This document shows, in pieces, positions 1 through 11,726 of a DNA stretch of 64,000 nucleotides. The notes beneath the pieces are model-generated. The model was not told the DNA's origin. It saw nothing but the letters and a program-made list of their open reading frames with translations, and ran no database searches. Both the position numbers and the translations under genes were made by a program. Source of the stretch: Squalus acanthias (taxonomy: Eukaryota); contig CM059431.1 of assembly GCA_030390025.1 (NCBI GenBank), forward strand, positions 108,502,001 to 108,566,000. The letters are read 5' to 3'. How positions within the stretch are numbered: position 1 is the stretch's first letter; every line of letters starts with the position of its first letter.

Positions 1-43
1 CGCTGTGAGGCAACAGTGCTAACCACTATGCCACCGTGCTGCC
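1..43 (-). mobile_element. 5' tRNA-like head of an HE1/V-SINE-type SINE (continues off the window edge)
   Basis: Reverse complement reads GGCAGCACGGTGGCATAGTGGTTAGCACTGTTGCCTCACAGCG, a Pol III A-box tRNA-derived head; it abuts and truncates the LINE ORF. Confidence 0.7.
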
Positions 44-1975
44 TGGATGGAGTCGAGCTACTTGAGTATTGTTGGAGCTGCACTCATCCAGGCAAGTAGA
101 GAGTATTCCATCACACTCCTGACTTGTGCCTTGTAGATGGTGGAAAGGCTTTGGGGAGTGAGGAGGTGAGACACTCGCCGCAAACTACCCAGCCTCTGAC
201 CTGCTCTTGTTGCCACAGTATTTATGTGGCTGGTCCAGTTAAGTTTCTGGTCAATGGTGACCCCCAGGATGTTGATGGTGGGGGATTCGGCGATGGTAAC
301 ACCGTTGAATGTCAAGGGGAGGTGGTTAGACTCTCGCTTGTTGGAGATAGTCATTGCCTGGCACTTCTGTGGCGCGAATGTTACCTGCCACTTATCAGCA
401 CAAGCCTGAATGTCATCCAGGTCTTGTTGCATGCGGGCATGGACTGCTTCATTATCGGAGCAGTTGTGAATGGTGCTGAACACTGTGCAGTTACCAGCGA
501 ACATCCCCATTTCTGACCTTATGTTGGAGGGAAGGTCATTGATGAAGCAGCTGAAGATGGTTGGGCCTAGGACACTGCCCTGAGGAACTCCTGCAGCGAT
601 GTCCTGGGGCTGTGATGATTGACCTTCAACCACCACAACCATCTTCCTTTGTGCTAGGTATGACTCCAGCCAGTGGAGAGTTTTCCCCCCGATTCCCATT
701 GACTTCAGTTTTACTAGGGCTCCTTGATGCCACACTCGGTCAAATGCTGCCTTGATGTCAAGAGCAGTCACTCTCACCTCACCTCTGGAATTCAGCTCCT
801 TTGTCCATGTTTGGACCAAGGCTGTAATGAGCTCGGCAGCCGAGTGGTCTTGGCGGAACCCAAACTGGGCATCAGTGAGCAGGTTATTGGTGAGTAAGTG
901 CCGTGTGATAGCACTGTCGATGACACCTTCCATCACTTTGCTGATGATTGAGAGTGGACTGATGGGGCAGTAATTGGCCAGGTTGGATTTGTCCTGCTTT
1001 TTGTGGACAGGACATACCTGGGCAGTTTTCCACATTGTCGGATAGTTGCCAGTGTTGTAGCTGTACTGGAACAGCTTGGCTAGAGGCGCGGCTTGTTCTG
1101 GAGCACAAGTCTTCAGCACAATAGCCGGGATGTTGTCAGGGCTCATAGCCTTTGCTGTATCCAGTGCGCTCAGCCATTTCTTGATATCACGCGGAGTGAA
1201 TTGAATTGGCTGAAGACTGGCTTCTGTGATGGTGGGGACCTCAGGTGTAGGCCGATATGAATCATCCACTCGGCACTTCTGGCTGAAGATTGTTGCAAAT
1301 GCTTCAGCCTTGTCTTTTACACTCACGTGCTGGGCTCCACCATCATTGAGGATGGGGATATTCATGGAGCCTCCTCCTCCTGTTAGTTGTTTAATGGTCC
1401 ACCACCATTCACGACTGGATGTGGCAGGACTGTAGAGCTTTGATCTGATCCGTTGATTGTGGGATCGCTTAGCCCTGTCTATAGAATGCTGCTTCTGCTT
1501 TTTAGCATGCATGTAGTCCTGTGTTGCAGCTTCCCTAGGTTGTACCTCATTTTTAGGTATGCCTGGTGCTGCTCCTGGCATGCTCTTCTACACTCCTCAT
1601 TGAACCAGGATTGGTCCCCTGGCTTGATGGTAATGGTAGAGTGAGGGATATGCCGGGCCATGAGGTTACAGATTGTGGTGGAACACAATTCTGCTGCTGC
1701 TGATTGCCCACAGCGCCTCATGGATGCCCAGTTTTGATTTGCTAGATCTGTTCTGAATCTATCCCATTTAGCATGGTGGTAGTGCCACACAAAATGATGG
1801 AGGGTGTCCTCAGTGTGAAGACGGGACTTCATCCCCACAATGACTGTGCGGTGGTCACTGCTACCAATACTGTCATGGACAGATGCATCTGCGACAGGTA
1901 GATTGGTGAGTACGAGGTCAAGTAGGTTTTTCCCTCATGTTGGTTCTCTCACCACCTGTCGCAGGCCTAGACTGG
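44..1975 (-). mobile_element. CR1/Jockey-group non-LTR retrotransposon ORF2 fragment (LINE family A), inactive
   Basis: ORF 58-1581 has RT motifs (QFGFR, ALDIKAAFDRVWH, GVPQGSVLGP) with catalytic FADD decayed to FAGN; frameshifted upstream part in ORF 1479-1838 (WHYHHAKWDRFR, PGDQSWFNEECR). Confidence 0.92.
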
Positions 1976-2322
1976 CGGTTAGGTCCTAAGCGGGCTCCTA
2001 TCGCAGCGCCATCTACATGATAATGAGGACTGAGGCCCAAAATCAGGGGCATCTCCGACCTTCCCATTTGAGCACGGGCTGTTAGCACTCTGCGGGTAAG
2101 GTGCCCAAAAATGGACGCTACCGAATTTCATGGCCTATAAGAGCTAAAATTAAAAGGTGCTGAGGGGAGATCTACGTTACGACCCAGAAATACCTCACCA
2201 ACCCTGTAGTTTTTTCTCATGAAAATGTAACAAACTATTTTGCAGGTTCTTTTTCAGAGGATTAAGTGGGTTGGTCGGCTTCATTATAAAATAGAATATG
2301 TACAACTTGTAGAGGATCAGGC

Positions 2323-2426
2323 AAATAAAAACAGAAAATGCTGGAAACACTCAGCAGGTCAGGCAGCATCTGTGGGGAGAGAAACAGATTTAACGTTTCA
2401 GGTCGATGACCTTTCATCAGAACTGG
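2323..2426 (-). mobile_element. Penelope-like pLTR fragment (family 1) with minimal hammerhead motif at 2390-2424
   Basis: Minus strand GTT-CTGATGA-A-AGGTC-ATC-GACCT-GAAA-CGTT; same sequence family as 8806, 35813, 44566 and 57382. Confidence 0.75.
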
Positions 2427-3339
2427 GAGAATCTGGGCAAATGACCTTATATTACATTCCTTCTGATATTCTCATATTCTTGAATAGTAGCATCTCTCAT
2501 ACTGCACACAAAAGATTTATACAATCAAATACACTGAAGAGCACAAAGAAAAAAATATGCACACTATCTTGGGATGCATTTACAGAACAAAGTTTAATGC
2601 CGGTGCAAAGCGATTTCCACTTTGCACCGACTCTGAGCTGATAGTGTAAATGTGGAGTCAGGGTCCGCCTGAACTCTGAAATGAAGCAAAGTGTGACTCC
2701 CAGAGGTAGTAGCCTTCCATCCCCTCAGTCTGACACCATGTAAATGCACTGTGGTGTAAAACCAGGTTTGCAGACTGCTCAGAGAGTCTGCTTTGGGACA
2801 AGTTTTATTTTTAAAACTTACTTGACTTTAATTTATAATGCTGAGCGCGTAAAGATTCTGCCTTCTTCATAGTCTAAACTATTTAAATTTCCAACTTTTT
2901 GGAGACAGCTCTCCCTACACTTGTGTCCAGGCTTGGGCAGAGCTCTCTCCTAAACAGGACGGTCGAAAGTTGCAGTCATGCAATTTAAACCAAACAAATG
3001 AACCCCAAACAGACTTATGATAAGAACCAACTCTCTAAATTGGCATGGTCAGAAGCTATTGTACAAACACTATTTGCCTCACATTCCTTTTTTTCACGGT
3101 TTTCGACGTGTCAAGCTATTTAAAATAATTGGGTTAATGTTTCTCCACAAACACCAGAGAGAGGAATTTCAGACAAATCTGTTAACATTCATGTACTGGT
3201 ACCCTATAGTGCCATTTAAGGGTTGAAGAGCAGAGAGCAGCTGTAGATGTTCACAATTATAACCAATGTGAAGTCTCTGTCGAAGTCTGGTTAAAAAAAT
3301 ATTTAGCTCTGTTGGACTCACTTCAGTTATCCAAAATCA

Positions 3340-3890
3340 GTCGAAGTTAACTGAAGTGAGTACTAGAAGGGATGAGAAGGGAACAAGAAATATGAATAGT
3401 AGGTAGTAGCAAGAAAAAATATATATACTTTTTTTGTTACATGCAAAGTAAGGAGAGCATTAAAGACCAGATGGGCCCTTTAAAGGGATAGGCTGGGTGG
3501 AACTATTATGGGGTATCATGAAGTAACAGATGGGTTAAATTAATTCTTTGTATCAGTCCTCACAAATGAAGACTGTGGACATATTCCAGGTGCAATTAAA
3601 ATGGCTCAGAAATCTATAACATATGTAGAGGTCACTAAAGCATGTGTTACAAATAAATTCAAAGCATTAACTCTATATAAAGGACACCTGGACCGCAAAG
3701 TATCCATCCTACAATCTTCAAGGAAGTGGCTGAGTGAATAAGCAAGGCATTGGTTAAGATCCTTACGCACACCAGAAATACAGAATTATAACTGAGAAAA
3801 GAGGTAGCTGATGTAATTGTGGTATTCAAATAATAATTTGGGGATTTCAGACCAGTTAATGCCACATTGGTTATGGGAGGGAGGAAGTTT
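3340..3890 (+). mobile_element. Highly decayed CR1 ORF2 internal fragment
   Basis: Residual CR1-like segments (ttctttgtatcagtcctcacaaatgaagac; cctggaccgcaaagtatccatcctacaatcttcaaggaagtggct) with many stops. Confidence 0.55.
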
Positions 3891-3904
3891 GGTAGTATTC
3901 TCTC

Positions 3905-4165
3905 CACTCCTCAAATTCTGGCCTCTTGCGCATCCCCGATTTCCTTCGCTCCACCATTGGCAGCCGTGCCTTCAGCTGCTCAGGCTCCAAACTCTGGAAT
4001 TCCCTCCCTAAACCTCTCCGCCTCTCTACCTCTCTCTTCTCCTTTAAGTCGCTCATTAAAACTTACTTCTTTGGCCTAGCTTTTGGTCATCTGCCCTAAT
4101 ATCTCCTTATGTGTCAAATTTTGTCTGATAACACTTCTGTGAAATACCTTGGTACGTTTTAGCTC
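3905..4165 (+). mobile_element. L2-type LINE 3' end
   Basis: ccaccattggcagccgtgccttcagctg...ctctggaattccctccctaaacc; inverted homolog of 33108-33405. Confidence 0.75.
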
Positions 4166-4196
4166 CAGCAAATCTCATCTGACTCCTCTCAGTGGA

Positions 4197-4426
4197 CCTC
4201 TGGATTTTTGAGACTAGATTTTCAGCTAGCAATTACCCATAGAAGTAGTATAAATTGGGCAGCCAGTAGCACAAAAAGGGTGCCACTTCTGTACCATTGG
4301 AACTCTACTCACTTAGCTCCAAATCTTCACTTGAAGCTATGCTAATCAGCTAAAATGGTAACATTAATGTGTGCAAACAGTACATTTGCAGTTGATTCTG
4401 TTTAAAACCAACCAATAAGCAGCCAA
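4197..4426 (+). repeat. Donor A of a local templated duplication (copy at 8579-8805)
   Basis: About 230 bp near-identical direct repeat, cctctggatttttgagactag...accaataagcagccaa. Confidence 0.92.
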
Positions 4427-5055
4427 CTGTGGACTGCACCAATATCAAAAAAAATCTAGGCTTTGGTACCTTTCCTTCTGGCCCTCTCCTGATAAACAAT
4501 GAGGCTAAATTGTTCTACTAATGCTCCCACCAGGATTTCAATTCCTTCGAACTACAATGGCTTTCTTTAGTAGAGAAACTTTCAGGAGAACAAAAGTTGA
4601 TGTACCATCCAACCCTGAGCCCCAAGGACTACAATTCACCAGGACTATCCCCATGGTCGCACAAGCATGGCCCATTCTCTCCTGATCTCTCGGTGCTCTT
4701 TCTGCACTGATTCTTTTCCCTGTGCCCCATTGATAGTGGTGACAAATGAGAAAAAGTGCAGAACAATTATTAACCATTTATTCAAAGGATTCAGTTCATG
4801 TAAATTGGTTATATAAAAAAAAGCATGGTAACAGAGGAAGAGGACAGAACTTCAGGAAATCTCATAATCAAAATAAGTTACTTTAATGTTGTATGGGACA
4901 TATTTTTCAACTACCTCTGTTCCCTTAGAGACACTTAATACACTTGTAGTAAATTCCTCTGTGTGTTTTGTTACATTAACCTCTGTTATTTTAAATGGAT
5001 TAATGCCTGCGGTTAAAAAAAAGAAGACACATTGAATTTAGTATGAGCGCATTAT

Positions 5056-6633
5056 GGGCGCGAATTTAATTGAGGAGGCGGGATAGGGGCAGGACAGCTG
5101 GTTTCCGGGTTCCGGTCCCGCTCCCAGTTGCATCCGCTCTGCAGACGTGATTTTCCCTTGATTAGCCTTGTTAAGCTTGCCCTGCGGGCTTACCGGCCAA
5201 TTAACAGGAAGTGGGTCTGCTGACGTCATTTGATGGCACGTCATCAGCCGGTTTCCTTAAAGGGACCACGTCCACATGGTGTTTGACAGTTATTCTGTCA
5301 ATGTTTGACAGCATTGAGGTGCTGCAAACACTGACAATCACTGCACAAAGGTGAATGCTTGCACCCGGGCTCTCCAATGACTCCCTCCATATGCTTATGG
5401 AGGAAGTCAAAGCACGCAGGGAGGTTCGCTTCCCTTCCAAGGGTGGAAGAGACCTCCCCAGGAGACTAACTTACCTTGCACCTCCACCAAATCCTCTCTA
5501 TCTACTTTATAACTTCCCCATCTCACTAGCCACCCCTCACACTCACCCTCATCCTACTGCAAGCATACCAACTAACAACACACAAGGGTAGGCACTTGAG
5601 AGGTTTAGCCAAAGTCTATGTGAAGTTTCTGGTAATGTGTTGTCATATACAGTGAAATCTCTTTTTCAAAAAGTGCCCCTTATTGGACAGATCTGAGCAA
5701 ACCTTGAGAAGTGTCTTACTAAGTTCCAGTGATTGTTCAGTCATAACTCCCCCCACACCACCCCCCCCCCCCCTCACCCCTCACACTATAGTGATGCATG
5801 TGCATGGAATGGTTTGGACATTAAAGGGATGTTTCACGGTGCTGGTGTGGGATGGTGTCAACCTGGCGCAGTATGTGGCAGCCAGGGTTTACAGCGTCAA
5901 GTGAAGAAAATCTGGCCATGATGATGCCATCGCTGGCCTCCCGGGCAGCAATTTTGTCAGGGGCTGATGCCCTGTGTCCAGTGCAGCATCAGATGATGGC
6001 GGAGAAGGTTGGTGATGTTGTTGGTGATGTTGGTGTGCCTGGTGATGTTGGTGCTGGGGCTGATTGTGGAAGGATTCGGAGGACCAAGGTCTGATTGTTT
6101 CATTGGCTTCGATGTTGCTGGAATAGATGACAGCTGCAGGTGAGATGACAGAAGCGATCTGTCACTGGTGAGAGAGGTTCTCCCAATGAGGTGGCACTGG
6201 ACATACAGTTGGATCTAAAAACTTGTAAGCTAAAGAAATCTCTATATGTATTAAAAATGCAGTAACCAACATTTTCTTTGCTCTGAAACTTATCATGTGC
6301 AACATGGCATCCTTGACACCACTTCTGCAGCTGTCAGCTTTTCACGAACATCAGAGCAGACTCAAAACATGCCAGGTTGAGCTGGCGTGTTCCCCGAACA
6401 GTGAGTAACCAGCGGGGAAGAAGGTAAAATTACAAGGAAGCCTCAAAATACTCTTAAATTGTCTCTTAACAAGCCATTTAAGTAGCTGAATTGTCTCCCC
6501 CGCCGCTTGGTGTCGGGTCAGTTCTGCGCTGGGAGACTCGCGTGGAGGCGGGTTGATAGCGGGTTTCCTACCCGCTGTCAATTTTTGCGATTTTGACAGC
6601 GGACCCGCCTCCAAACCCGTTAAATTCGCGGCC
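5056..6633 (+). mobile_element. Non-autonomous PIF/Harbinger DNA transposon with Myb/SANT ORF remnant
   Basis: TIRs GGGCGCGAATTTAA / TTAAATTCGCGGCC, flanks TAT/TAA; ORF 5355 (SNDSLHMLMEEVKARREVRFP) matches the copies at 11.9, 13.3 and 37.3 kb. Confidence 0.85.
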
Positions 6634-6802
6634 TAAGTGTTTGTTCAGGGGCAGTGACTGTTGGAAACCCATACGTCTCATTGATAAGATCACATTTGAA
6701 TGTACTACAATGGAGCGCGTTTTCAGAAGAGTGACAATTAATTTGAAATTTTCAAAGAATTTGTACTTTTATATCTTTTCACCAATCATCCACATATTTA
6801 AG

Positions 6803-6892
6803 TGTCAAAACATGGATAATACAGATGTAAGAAGGTTAACACGAGAGTTAGAAGACACAAACTCAAAGCTGGTAAACCTCCAGCAAGAATAG
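6803..6892 (+). CDS. Candidate host coding exon, coiled-coil peptide CQNMDNTDVRRLTRELEDTNSKLVNLQQE* (gene unidentified)
   Basis: Pyrimidine-rich stretch and AG at 6801-6802, heptad-like open frame to TAG, AATAAA at 7076-7081; alternative donor CTG|GTAAAC after 6871. Confidence 0.4.
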   Translation, partial: CQNMDNTDVRRLTRELEDTNSKLVNLQQE

Positions 6893-7528
6893 AAACTAGA
6901 CTTTTTTTTCCCATAGACATTAGGAGTTAATGTGGAATAAGGAACAGGCAGTCCTATGCAAATTAGTTCCTTTTAAAAAAGAGTTCTTAAGTAACATGAA
7001 ATGATCCCAACTGATGGTTGTAGATTTTGAATTAAGCTGGTATCACTAAGTAGAGGGAAAGGAACTAATATTTACAATAAATTATGCTTACACTTTCAAC
7101 TGGATTCTTGGAAGTGTTAAAATGAACTCTTCCAACGAAGAGATGTTCTCTACTTTGAAAATTAAGGCTTGCTCTTTCTTCTACACTTTGAAGTGTGCTG
7201 TGTAATATTTGCTACATCAGCCTTTTGCATTAACTCTGATCTCCACGTATATTAACTCTCCCACAGTGCAGAGTGCCACCAAAAGGCCTTGAGATGTGAA
7301 AATTTTAGCGGGGCTATGGACCTAGATAATGATCAAGAGAGTGAAATGCTCTTTCAGTTTAAATGTCTTGCAGCATATTGACTGTATAATCAAGGCACTG
7401 CTTCTACCTCCTTAGGGACATCCACCACTCAGATTTTTCCTGGTTGCATAATTTTTTTCTGTCCCTTGTTCGTGAGAGACTGTTTTTACATAAAATCACC
7501 TAGAATCTACAGCTCAGAAACAGACCAT

Positions 7529-8372
7529 GGGCTCAATTTTCACCGGCCCGTGGAGGCGGGTTTGGAGGCGTGTGGGGTGGGAAAATAGCAGATTCGGGGG
7601 TCCTGAACCCACCCCGCCCCCAACCCGCCTCCATGCCAGTTTCCCAGGAGGCGGGTACCCGACCTGTGCTGGGACCCGCCTCCCCGAGGCGGGAAGGGGA
7701 TTAGTGCCAATAAACTGCCTGTTAACAGGTAGTTAACAGGCAGTTTTTTGCCTAATCCCTATTTTTAGCCCTGAAATGTGGGCTTCCCGACACGTCCGAA
7801 CCACACCGATTTAGCGAGGCGGACCCTCGGTCTGGAGGACTTGGAGGGGTCGAGATGTCCGGTGTGCAGGTGAGTGATGGGTGCATGAATGCAGAGGTAA
7901 GTGTGTTTGGTGTGTGTAAAGTGTTTTAAGAACTTTTACTTACCTTAACTTTGTCCTGCAGGCTTCCTTCCTTCAGTTCTCAGGAGTCCCTCAGCTCACC
8001 GGCACAGAAAGCAGAATGGCCACGGAGCTGTCAAAAGCTGCAGTCTCTGCTTTCTGTGCTGGATTGATTTCTAACTGAGTCTAAGTGCAGGGACTCAAGT
8101 TAGAAATCATATTGTCAGTGTTTGACAGCTTCACAGAGCTGTCAAATGCTGAAATTTCATCTGTCAAAAGCTCTTGACAGATGAAATTTCAATGGCTGAC
8201 GTCACCTGTATCCAAGGGACCCTTGATTGGCCTGCTAAGCCCGCTGGGCGGGCTTAACAAGGTCAATCAAGGGAAAATACAGTGGGTTGGCCACAAGTCG
8301 ATGGAGGCGGGACTACAACCCAAAAAGTGGGAGTCCCGCCTCCATCACGTCCCCATTGACAAAATCCAGCCC
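7529..8372. mobile_element. Harbinger-type MITE inserted in a CR1 3' tail
   Basis: TIRs GGGCTCAATTTT / AAAATCCAGCCC, 3-bp TSD CAT; the CR1 tail (acagaccat|ttgtcccaactggtc) rejoins across it. Confidence 0.85.
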
Positions 8373-9190
8373 CATTTGTCCCAACTGGTCGATACCAGTG
8401 TTTATACTCTACACATCCCTTCTCCCGTTCTAATTACCACTTCCTACCCTGTCCCAATATCCCTCTGTTCACTTTTCCCTCATGGATGTATCAAGACTCC
8501 CCTTAAATGTGTCAATGCTTCAGCCACTCCATGTGCTAACATGTTCCACATTCTCACCACAGTCTTTGTAAGGAAATTCCTCTGGATTTTTGAGACTAGA
8601 TTTTCTGCAGGCAATTACCCATAAAAGTAGTATAAATTGGGCAGCCAGTAGCACAAAAAGGGTGCCACTTCTGTACCATAGGAACTCTACTCACTTAGCT
8701 CCAAATCTGCACTTGAAGCTATGCTAATCAGCTAAAGTGGTAAAATTGGGTGCAAATAGTACATTTGCAGTTGATTCTGTTTAAAACCAACCAATAAACA
8801 GCCAATACAAAAGCAAAATACTGTGGATGCTGGAAATCTGAAATAAAAACAGAAAATGCTGGAAATACTCAGCAGGTCAAGCATCATCTGTGGAGAGAGA
8901 AACAGAGTTAACGTTTCAGGTCGATGACCCTTCGTCAGAACTGAAACGTTAACTTTGTTTCTCTCTCCACAGATGCTGCCTGACCTGCTGAGTATTTCCA
9001 GCATTTTCTGTTTTAATTTTAATAAACAGCCAAACTCTGTTCTCTTCCTCTGTTACCATGCTTTTTTTATATAGCCAATTTACATGAACTGAATCCTTTG
9101 AATAAATGGTTAATAATTTTTTATTAGATCTGTTAGTGGCTACCTTATGCCCCCTTGTTCTGGACTCACCCACAAGTGGAAACAGTTCCT
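8373..9190 (-). mobile_element. CR1 3' fragment interrupted by a templated insertion (8579-9118)
   Basis: CR1 tail sequence 8373-8580 resumes at 9119 (ttattagatctgttagtggctacc...cccacaagtggaaac). Confidence 0.75.
8806..9020. mobile_element. Penelope-like inverted pLTR insertion (family 1) with hammerhead motif at 8906-8942 (-)
   Basis: Internal inverted repeat, about 35-nt unpaired tail, 13-bp TSD AATAAACAGCCAA (8793-8805, 9021-9033); the empty site is present at about 4413-4426. Confidence 0.85.
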
Positions 9191-10534
9191 CTATGCCCTC
9201 AAGCTGGTCGATTCATTTCTTACAATCCGTTAGTTTCTATTGCTTTTTCTCACTGAATGCGATCCTTACCAGTGTCTGTTTAAACTATTTATTGATAGCA
9301 TCAGACACGACAACAACAAAAAAATGAAATCTAGTTTATCACTAATGAGTTCTCTCGCCAAACTAAGTACTGTGATGAGCCATCAGTACCTGCTTGCCCT
9401 CTGAAAGAGATTTCTGCTGATGCGGCAACATTTTCCCATTTCTGTTTTTATTTTTATTGAGTTGCCTGTCATACTGAATCTTCTGCATGTCGCCAATCTT
9501 GACAAGGGCAGTTCTCGTGTGGTGAAAGGCACCAGGATTCACAGCAATCAAAATTTATACAGCATTTCATGAACAGTAGAATGACGCTGATAAATCACAT
9601 CGCTTCTGTCTCTCATGAGCCTCACTCAATAGAATTATTAACAAAATACCACGCAGTCATACCTTGAACTCAAATTACTCTTGTTGCAATCTTAAACTTT
9701 TCGCTGGCCATATATGACGATATAAGTAGTTTTCAACCCAGATGTGAATTTTGATTATTAACTTATCTATTAAACTTTTTTTTTCTGTTAGCATAATTAT
9801 TTTATTGTTTTTTTCTTCTAACATTGCAAATGAGTTGCACCTTGTTTATTCCTGCTGAAATTTGCAGGAAGCCACACTGCTATGAATTTGTATTCAAATC
9901 AAGACCAATTTGCAAAGAGAACTATAGGTTGAGAAATGTCTGGAGTGTAGCTTCACATGAGCATGGCAAAGAGACTAAAAACAAAGCAACCAAACCTTGT
10001 ATGGGCTTGGAATTAAAATGTTTATCCACGAGGTGTTAGCTTTGAGATACGATTCCTGTATTTCAGTTGCTGTCAAATGGATTGTGAGGATCTTTTGAGT
10101 ACAGTGCTGTTTTATAAATATTTATAACTCTCAAAAAATAGTACAAATATGTGGGAAAAGACTGCAGAACTGTCAATGGCTTGGCTGTGGTCTTGGAGGG
10201 AGCCTTCAAGAACAAAAATAGAGCTCTAGGGAACTTGTACTTTATAGCTGATTTAATCAAGAATGTATGTTTTCTGTTAAAACAAAATGGCACGCTGGTT
10301 TTGACATTGGTGAACTTGTACTTTTCAGTCTAGAATTGGCAGGAGCATACATTGATACTATGGCCAAGATTGACCTCTTTGGCAGCAACTATCAGATAAA
10401 TTCTTAGTTTCATGTCTCATCCTAAGAATAAAACCTCCAACATGCAACACTCACTCATGGACTGGAGTGTCAATCTAGATTATGGAATTGGTTTTTAAGC
10501 CACAACTTCTGACTGAGATAAACCAACACTGGAG

Positions 10535-10960
10535 CAAAGAGATAATGCTAAATCTGTACAAATCATTGGTTAGACCACAGTTAGAATATTGTGCCCAGTC
10601 TTGGGCACTTTCATTTGGGAAGTTTGTCAAGGCAATTGGAGACATTGCAGAATAAATTCATCATGATGATATCAGTAATGAAAGGCTTTCATTATGAGGA
10701 GAGACTGGAGAAAGTCTCTTCATTAGAAGAATTCGAATGAAGAAAGTTAAGAGGAGCTCTGATTGAGAGATTCAGAAGTTAAGAGGTTTGATAAGATAAA
10801 TAGTGAAAACTGGTCCGTGAATAGGTAGCTTTAGGGCATAAATGTAGGACATCACCAAAAAAAACAAAGCAATTAGTTAGGAGAATTTTTTTTATGCAGA
10901 GTGTTGTTAGAACATGGAATGCTCCACCAGAAACAGTGGTGGGAACAGAATGTACAGTAG
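10535..10960 (+). mobile_element. Decayed CR1 ORF2 3' fragment
   Basis: LYKSLVRPQLEYCAQSW-like and YEERLEK-like segments. Confidence 0.7.
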
Positions 10961-11726
10961 ATATAATGTACAAATGATATAATAATGCTTCTTCATGTAA
11001 TTTGGGTCATTATCTTGTGTGTTTGTAAACCAACACAAATGGCTTGCCAAAATCATTCATAAAGGCATTACCCCTTTAAAAGTCATAGTCCCCAGCCAAT
11101 AGGAGAAATTCTGTATCACTAGCTTGGCAAGAATGATGAGAGAAAGTAACAAAAGGATCACAGCTTAAAGAAGAACATATTTCAGCACTGAGTCATTGAG
11201 CAAAACCTAGACTCTGTTTTAATTTTTTTTTATGCTTTACATGGCGCCACAGAGCTGAGGCATCTCCAAGCTTTTCAACTCCCTGCTTCAGTGTGTTCTA
11301 TATTGGACCCCATTAAAATGAATTGACAGAGGCCTGAATTTTGCGGTGGTAATGACGCCGAAACTGTCAGCGTTCGCCATCATTACCCCTCTGAAGCTGA
11401 CAGCAGCTTCCAGATTTAGGGCATGCGCAGATAAATGCGGAAATCCTGAAGTTGCAGTCAGTCATTCCCTGCTCCGCCACAGATTGCGCTGCGGAACTCC
11501 CCAGAGCCGGCAATCAGTTGAAATGACATATAAGGGGGAAAACTTCCCCTATTACCCTGGAATATCGCTGTTAAACCACCACCCCCCACCAACCTCCACA
11601 AAAAAGAGGTGAAACTGGGTTATTAACGGCATATTGACTGCTGAACAACCGTTCTGGTCCTGAAAAATCTAATTTTATGCCTATGGAATGTCAAATTTTT
11701 CCATTAATATGATTAAGAATTACATA

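Noticed and set aside
58..1581. 507-aa RT ORF as an active or domesticated gene
   Set aside because: Catalytic DD lost (FAGN), frameshift upstream, truncated by a SINE.
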